Of a stretch of DNA of 64,000 nucleotides, positions 58,319 through 64,000 are shown piece after piece (position 1 is the stretch's first letter; every line of letters starts with the position of its first letter). The stretch comes from Cyanidioschyzon merolae. Lineage: Eukaryota. Position numbers and translations under genes: made by a program. Location: assembly GCA_000091205.1 (NCBI GenBank), contig AP006493.2. One strand, given 5' to 3'. The notes below the pieces were generated by a model. It had not been told where the DNA came from and did not search any database. It saw only the letters and a list, made by a program, of their open reading frames with translations.

Positions 58319-59497
58319 ATGCGAGTTCCACGGTCTCAAGCCAGTGTTATCCGGCGCTGCTGGGTCACATTCTGGCCAGAGCGAGTTTTGCCTCACGCGC
58401 GGAGCGGCTGCGACGCGTGCGTCCAGCGCAGTGCTTTGCCCGTCTGGGGCAGACGAAGCATCTGGAACGCGCGACTCGGTCCCGCTGCTGCTTCTGCGTC
58501 TGCGTCACTATCGACGCTGGCGCGACGTCGCGTGCCTTCGCACTTTGGCTTCGTTATTGTGCCCCAGCAGTACGCTTATATTGTTCAGCGGTTCGGCCGC
58601 TTTAGTCGAGTGCTCGATCCAGGTCTACACTTTCTCATCCCGTTTGTGGACAAAATTGCTTACGTGCATTCTCTGAAAGAAGAGGCGGTATCGATCAACT
58701 CGCAGACGGCGATCACTCGAGACAACGTTACCATCGCAATCGATGGCGTCCTCTATGTTCGTGTCGTTGATCCGGCGAAAGCTTCCTACGGGGTCGAGGA
58801 TCCCTATATGGCTTTAACGCTACTAGCGCAAACAACCATGCGCTCCGAGCTCGGTAAGCTCTCCCTCGACAAGACCTTTGAGGAACGCGAAATGCTCAAT
58901 GCACGCATTGTGGACAGTATCAACGAGGCTGCTGCCGCCTGGGGTATGCAGTGTCTGCGGTACGAAATACGGGACATCAATCCGCCAGCGAACGTTCGCA
59001 AAGCTATGGAGTTGCAAGCGGAGGCAGAGCGTCGGAAGCGCGCTCAAATCTTGGACTCTGAGGGGGAAAAGGAATCCGAAATTAATGTCGCAGAGGGCCA
59101 AAAACGATCCAAAATTTTGAATTCAGAGGCGTTGCAACTGGAACAGATCAATCGCGCGCACGGTGAAGCAGAGGCAATACTCGCTAGAGCACGTGCAACC
59201 GCCCAGGCCATACGTATCGTAGCAGCCGAGATGCAACAGAAAGGTGGACGGGATGCAGTAGCACTGCGCATTGCCGAACAATACGTGCAAGCCTGGAGTA
59301 AGCTCGCCAAGGAAGGAAATACATTGATCATTCCAGCGAATATCAGCGATGTTCGTGGCATGATAGCACAAGCTTTTTCAGTCTGGGAAACCATGGGGAC
59401 GCAAACGTCGAATGCACGTGCAGCTCGTGCTGTGGTGTCCCCGGCGGCGGAGGATAAGGCCGCCCTAGTGGCCTCGTCGGAGCAGTCCGATAGCTAG
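58319..59497 (+). CDS. Stomatin-like protein 2 (SPFH/band-7 family), mitochondrial type
   Basis: VPQQYAYIVQRFGRFSRVLDPGLHFLIPFVDKIAYVHSLKE ... GVEDPYMALTLLAQTTMRSELGKLSLDKTFEEREMLNARIV ... CLRYEIRDINPPANVRKAMELQAEAERRKRAQILDSEGE tracks STOML2 closely. R-rich presequence-like N-terminus. Confidence 0.85.
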   Translation: MRVPRSQASVIRRCWVTFWPERVLPHARSGCDACVQRSALPVWGRRSIWNARLGPAAASASASLSTLARRRVPSHFGFVIVPQQYAYIVQRFGRFSRVLDPGLHFLIPFVDKIAYVHSLKEEAVSINSQTAITRDNVTIAIDGVLYVRVVDPAKASYGVEDPYMALTLLAQTTMRSELGKLSLDKTFEEREMLNARIVDSINEAAAAWGMQCLRYEIRDINPPANVRKAMELQAEAERRKRAQILDSEGEKESEINVAEGQKRSKILNSEALQLEQINRAHGEAEAILARARATAQAIRIVAAEMQQKGGRDAVALRIAEQYVQAWSKLAKEGNTLIIPANISDVRGMIAQAFSVWETMGTQTSNARAARAVVSPAAEDKAALVASSEQSDS

Positions 59498-60905
59498 GAG
59501 GAGGATCTGTCCGAGGTGTGCTCTGCGCTGTCGCCGCGCCGTCTTGGATTCAAGCATGTGCTCGGTGCACTGGCGCCGGTCGATGGCAAATACGGGGAGA
59601 TGGCTGGCGCGAACAAGGACGCACGGACGTCTCTTACCGATTATGTCGTACCGCAGCGAGATATCTGACACGAGCGAATCTCGCTGTAAGGGTACTCCCC
59701 AGAGCGTACAGAACAATTTCTTCCAAAGTAGCTTAAAAAATTCAAAGGATAACGTACAGGACGCAAAGAAAAGGCTTTAGGCCTGTATAGATTGACAAGC
59801 TCATCGCATGGTATTGGATACGCAGGCGATGTTCGGTCTATAGAGCTAGGTCATTAGATAGATGTGTGAACGCGCCTCGAGTTCCACGCTGACGTGCGCA
59901 AGTGGATACGTGCAAGACCGCGCACATGATTCTCATGATATTGTGGGTTTTTATGCGTATTTCCGGGAGCTGGTTATGCTCAGCTCTGTACCTTGTTATA
60001 CTATGAATCACGCTCACGTAGCGCCCACTTTCGCAAAACATGTGGAGCACAGTGGCATTCTCAAGGGGCGACGCAGATCCAGCTGAATGATTTGTCTGCG
60101 AAATGGACATGGATTTCGAGAGTCACATGTCTTTATGACACGAGATTCCGGTATTGACGCTAGACCCATCGTTCTGCCAAGTTCTGAGGACTGCGCTCTA
60201 CGTGGCGTACACTTTCTCGGTGGGCGAAACGCATGTTGCATCGTCGTTGATGATGTCAGTTTCATCCGGCGAGCGATCCGCCACTTGCACAGGCCCTGGA
60301 CCGTACACAACTCACGAAAGGGATTCTCGCGCTCTACCCGTATCCGCCTGAAAACTCTGGTTCTCGACTTGGGGGCCGTTTTTGTCGTCTGCGTACGTGC
60401 GCTGCTCCACACGGGTCCAGTATCTTCGTAAAAGACGAGACCGCCAGGTCTTGTTTCACCGTCGTAGTTGAATGCATCTTGAGTTTTCGTCTAGTTCTCC
60501 TGGGGCATGAACGCTCACTTAATCATCCCGCGGGATTCCCGCCGAACCGCAACCTGTCCATGTTTCGCGGCTACTCAGATGTAATGCCTTCAAGTGCTGC
60601 AGAGAACGCAGAAGCTGGTCCCAGTTGAGCGCCACCGCACGTCATGTTACGAAATCTAATGCTTGGTATCAAAGTCTTTCGACGTCACACTATTCATCGC
60701 TTCGGAGCAGCTGGTGCTGGGGATTCTATACGACGGAGTGCGCTTCAAATGTGTCGACGCTGCTGCATGCAGTTTCCAAGTTACGTGCTGCGTTGCCTGG
60801 GCAGTATCGACCTGGTGCGCAGCGTCGGCGCATCTGGCGTACATTGCCGCGCAGGAACGCACGCACACAAACGCACGCACGCATGCACAGAAGCACGCAT
60901 CCGCC

Positions 60906-60957
60906 GCATGCGTGCGTGCGTGCGTGCGTGCGTGCTCACACATCCACACACACACAC
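60906..60957. repeat. Alternating purine-pyrimidine microsatellites, (GCGT)n followed by (CA)n
   Basis: gcatgcgtgcgtgcgtgcgtgcgtgcgtgc then cacacatccacacacacacac, inside a wider AC/GT-rich low-complexity stretch around 60830-60960. Confidence 0.8.
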
Positions 60958-61317
60958 TCCTAAAGCATTGTTTTTTAGGGCTCTTCTCATTGTTATCCAG
61001 CTTAAACTCGTGTTTCTGCACAGCGGGCCAGGTTGTATCCGTGAACAAGTCCTCCCAGTTGTTCGTATCGTTTTGGGTGTACTAGTTCTGCTGCAAGTCC
61101 CTGGTCACGTGCTCGGACCGTGTTGGACGGATCGGGACGATGCGCAGTTTTTGGTATAAAGGGAGTTGCTCGCGAACCGCAGTACTTTATCTATCTCGGA
61201 AAGACTACACAGAGGGGGACTCGTTTTTGTTTCTGGGTTTATTATAGGACGATAGTGCCCCGCAAACCTCTCGTTTCACGGTGTTGCGTGTGCAGGCTGG
61301 GTTCTGCATCACCAGGG

Positions 61318-64000
61318 ATGACTCCGGAAACCTCAACGCAACGCGCACACACAGAGGGCCGTTCCCCTGCGGAGGTCGTTAGTGGAGATGACGGAAACGG
61401 ATGCCCAGGTAATAATAGTTCGGCGTCTGTGTTTGAGGAAGCTATCCGTGTCGAGAAACCGCCTGCGCCTTTCGAAGCGCTCGAAACAGCAGCAGCCTCT
61501 CGCGGTTTAGGCGCGCTGACCACGGGGACCAGCACTGAGACTCCGTCAACGGCACCCGCGGGAGCTGGCCGTCCGGAAGAACACTCGGGCACCGCCTCTC
61601 GAGTAGGGGCGCTCGGGGAACGCCAGAGTTGGCCGGCTCGCGGTCCCGGGGTTCCCAACGCTCGTGGCGTCGTAGGCGCTGGCACGACCACGGCGGCACG
61701 AATGCACACCCTGGGACGCGGCGGTCGTGTTGTTGTCCAGCAGCCATCGTCATCCGCTGAACAGAATGCCAAACCCGATGTTCGCTCGGAGAGCGCTGAC
61801 ACCCCCAAAGCGACCACGGCTGTAGCTGCAGCCGCTATGCTCAAAGCATCTCGGAATGACACTGGTGACCGCACAGCGATCCCTTCCACGGGGCCTGTTG
61901 TTCGCAGCGCTCAACAGGCCGCATGGAGCAGACAACGCTCTGTCCCGGACCCGGCAAGAAATGCTACCGGAAGGATATTCTCGAGAGCTACGCAAGGCGC
62001 GTCGGCGCGATCTGCCACACCGACTAGTGATTTCCCTGCGCTTGTGCGGGAGAACCCTACGCAATCGAAGCCGTCTGCAATGCAACAGCGGAAACCTGAT
62101 GAGAGTGCTGCGCAGCTGCGACCTGTCGCTGCTGCACAGGATTCAGCACGGCGAGGGCAGCATCCGCTGGGTACTGTGTCACGAAATCACACCGAATCGG
62201 GGCACGTTCCAAAGGCGATTCCATCGCCCCTACAGCTCACGGACTGGAGTGAGGATCCAGATGAGGAAATGAACTTTAGTGTCCCATTGGACCAACGTCT
62301 CGCTGTACCTGGAATGAAACCGCTGACGCGTCCGGCACAGAAGGACTCTCTGAGAGAAGCGCAGTCCCCCACGACCGATAGTGCAACCATTTCAACACGT
62401 GCGATCGGTGGATTCGACTGGACTGATTCGGACAATGACGAAGGAAAGGCGGTGCCATCGGACGACAATGAGGCATCGAAAAATGACATTGCATCTGAGG
62501 TTGCGACGGGAACAGCAACAACAGCGAATGTGGAGAACGCGGACGGACGTCAGGGTGCTGCGTTCGTTGAGTCGGACGAGTACCAACAGCAGCACCAGCA
62601 GCAGCAGTCGCAACCGATCGCAGTGGGTACAAGGCGTCCAAATATTCAACCGAGTCTGTCCAAAGAAAAGATGCAAGTCGATTTGGAGGAAATCTCGAGA
62701 GAATTGCACCTCCTTGAAGAGCAGCGCGAGCTTGCGAAACAGAAAGCCGCCGAACGTGCTCGGCAACGTAGAGAAGAAGAAGAGCGTATGGAGAGGGAAC
62801 GCAAGGAAAGGGCAGCACTCAAACTTCGCCAGCTCGAGGAACGAATTGCAGCGAAGAAGGCAGAAAAGGCGACTGTGAAGGAGCGGACCACTCCAGAGCA
62901 TCAAGCTGCTAGAACAGATTCAGTCAAAGCCGCTGACCTTGGCAAAGATCGAAAGCTGCCAGCCGCTCGAATTGACCGAGCAATCGCTTCCGCCCAGAGT
63001 GGAGGGCCTGCCTCCTCCGCATCAGCGTCGGAGAAACCATATCCGCTCGAGCAGGTGCGACGAGATGATGCGTCTGCGGGTGATACGCGAATAACCCGAA
63101 CGGAGCATGCTACCGAAGCGGGATCACGCTCGGCAGCGCGCAATACACAGCAAAGAGTACGACGCGCGCCGCTCACGGAAACCTGGTCCCAAGAAGAGCA
63201 GCACACACGCGGACGTGCCACTGCCTCAGCAGGTGTGAGAGGCACCGCTTCTGCTGTCCCCGCATGTGATCGGTCCTCGCTGGATCGTAGCAGAGCCACG
63301 GCATCTGGCGCATCCAGTACGAATTTGGATCAGAGCAGACGGCAACGCCGCCAGGGCGCACCTCGCGGGCAACTCAGCAAGAGTGATGAACCAAGAGAAC
63401 GCAGTGACTCAGCTTCTGCTTCAGGGTCGACGAGCCGAGACAAGACGGCGACTGAGCCAGAGGGTCCAAAGATCGAATCATCGGTGCGCGGGAGCCGGTC
63501 TCGAACGAGCGCCCCATGGGGGCGTGCAGGCCCTGCCTCGAAGCCTGGCAAGCGGAACGATCGCGAAGGGGCTCCTTCAGAAGCAGCCCTGTCGGAGCAC
63601 GTGCAGCCTCTATCGCTGGAGGACGCTTCGCTGCCTTCGAGCCCGCCACCGACGTGGTTCACCATGCCCGATACCATGGCGGACGAGGAAGAACCGACGG
63701 TGAGATCGCCCTGGGCAGCGTCAAGTCCCGCTCTGACACCAGCGGCAAGTGCGACCGGTGTTGCACCAAAGTCCGCCGACGAACTGGACAAGTGGCAGCT
63801 GCCGAGCTACCCGAAACCGTCGTTCGAGGATATCTCGCGAGCATTTGCTGCTGCAGGGCCGGTGGTTGCAAGCCCTGCTTCGACCGCATACGGCTTGGCG
63901 GAGCTTTACGGATCGAGCGTTTCATCCCAGAGAGTCCCAGTGGAATCGAAAGCGTCGCTGGTGTCAGCACGGCGCCCCGGCGCGCTCCAAGACGAGCGAG
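61318..64000 (+). CDS. Partial CDS (5' end present, runs off the window): S/A/R/T-rich low-complexity protein with a charged coiled-coil segment
   Basis: I translated frame 1 codon by codon from the ATG at 61318 to 64000 and found no stop (about 894 codons). Upstream in-frame stop at 61246. Coiled-coil-like EERMERERKERAALKLRQLEERIAAKKAEKA around 62770-62880. Not in the ORF track because it has no stop. Confidence 0.5.
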   Translation, partial: MTPETSTQRAHTEGRSPAEVVSGDDGNGCPGNNSSASVFEEAIRVEKPPAPFEALETAAASRGLGALTTGTSTETPSTAPAGAGRPEEHSGTASRVGALGERQSWPARGPGVPNARGVVGAGTTTAARMHTLGRGGRVVVQQPSSSAEQNAKPDVRSESADTPKATTAVAAAAMLKASRNDTGDRTAIPSTGPVVRSAQQAAWSRQRSVPDPARNATGRIFSRATQGASARSATPTSDFPALVRENPTQSKPSAMQQRKPDESAAQLRPVAAAQDSARRGQHPLGTVSRNHTESGHVPKAIPSPLQLTDWSEDPDEEMNFSVPLDQRLAVPGMKPLTRPAQKDSLREAQSPTTDSATISTRAIGGFDWTDSDNDEGKAVPSDDNEASKNDIASEVATGTATTANVENADGRQGAAFVESDEYQQQHQQQQSQPIAVGTRRPNIQPSLSKEKMQVDLEEISRELHLLEEQRELAKQKAAERARQRREEEERMERERKERAALKLRQLEERIAAKKAEKATVKERTTPEHQAARTDSVKAADLGKDRKLPAARIDRAIASAQSGGPASSASASEKPYPLEQVRRDDASAGDTRITRTEHATEAGSRSAARNTQQRVRRAPLTETWSQEEQHTRGRATASAGVRGTASAVPACDRSSLDRSRATASGASSTNLDQSRRQRRQGAPRGQLSKSDEPRERSDSASASGSTSRDKTATEPEGPKIESSVRGSRSRTSAPWGRAGPASKPGKRNDREGAPSEAALSEHVQPLSLEDASLPSSPPPTWFTMPDTMADEEEPTVRSPWAASSPALTPAASATGVAPKSADELDKWQLPSYPKPSFEDISRAFAAAGPVVASPASTAYGLAELYGSSVSSQRVPVESKASLVSARRPGALQDER

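Noticed and set aside
61242-63970. Minus-strand ORFs 61242-61889, 61442-61753, 61750-62085, 62276-62818, 62392-62904, 62901-63299, 63330-63791, 63659-63970
   Set aside because: All are antisense to a single stop-free plus-strand frame of about 894 codons, which is far more likely to be the real gene.
1-64000. A prokaryotic (operon, IS605/TnpB) or trypanosomatid interpretation of the window
   Set aside because: The gene content is eukaryotic (a MSH4/5-type MutS, Snu114-like GTPase, BET bromodomain protein, calmodulin with a GT-AG intron). Genes alternate strands, so there are no polycistronic same-strand arrays. There are no Shine-Dalgarno-spaced operons.

Overview
This 64-kb window is GC-rich (roughly mid-50s % GC by eye) eukaryotic nuclear DNA. 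It is intron-poor, has genes on both strands, and carries about one gene per 4 kb. One caveat on the ORF track: it translates GTG/TTG starts as M (e.g. 2562 and 12397), so starts are approximate. It also omits ORFs that run off the window end.

Recognisable genes:
- meiosis-type MutS homolog lacking the mismatch-binding domain (MSH4/MSH5 family), 3550-6294 +
- PAM16/TIM16 J-like import-motor subunit, 6291-6695 -
- GATA-like zinc-finger protein, 10187-11896 +
- plastid-type NFU with tandem Nfu domains, 12430-13074 +
- lariat debranching enzyme DBR1, 15019-16158 -
- DnaJ-type CxxCxGxG zinc-finger (BSD2-like) protein, ~22161-23069 +
- divergent Snu114/EFTUD2-like GTPase, 24099-27425 -
- cysteinyl-tRNA synthetase, 29905-31968 -
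- L-galactose-dehydrogenase-like aldo-keto reductase, 33808-34884 +
- single-bromodomain BET/GTE-like protein with ET domain, 35136-37652 -
- 1544-aa orphan, 40412-45046 +
- ER-type glycerol-3-phosphate acyltransferase, 49258-51279 -
- calmodulin in two exons with a GTAAGT...ACTAAC...AG intron, 54666-55570 +
- stomatin-like protein 2, 58319-59497 +
- an open-ended low-complexity/coiled-coil ORF, 61318 to the window end, +

The tandem-Nfu NFU, L-GalDH-like, BSD2-like and single-bromodomain+ET genes suggest an algal/plant-lineage or other plastid-bearing organism. I cannot name the species.

The most interesting signal is three co-oriented, mutually homologous copies of a degenerate Fanzor/TnpB-like (OMEGA-family, RuvC) RNA-guided nuclease element: A at ~240-2945, B at ~51610-54542, and an internally deleted C at ~32290-33761. 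They share a long non-coding leader, recognisable RuvC-I, RuvC-II and RuvC-III ('NRDLxAAINIRR') motifs in TnpB order, and a 3' boundary pinned by three-way alignment. Each lies just upstream of, and co-oriented with, a host gene (MSH, calmodulin, L-GalDH). All three copies are disrupted by frameshifts and stops.

Other structures:
- a 78-79-bp hairpin-containing minisatellite, 6856-7337
- a ~445-bp inverted-repeat pair bracketing an 8.5-kb gene block (29037-29478 and 37953-38395)
- a second diverged dispersed repeat (~17440-17760 and ~28140-28440)
- several in-frame and intergenic microsatellites
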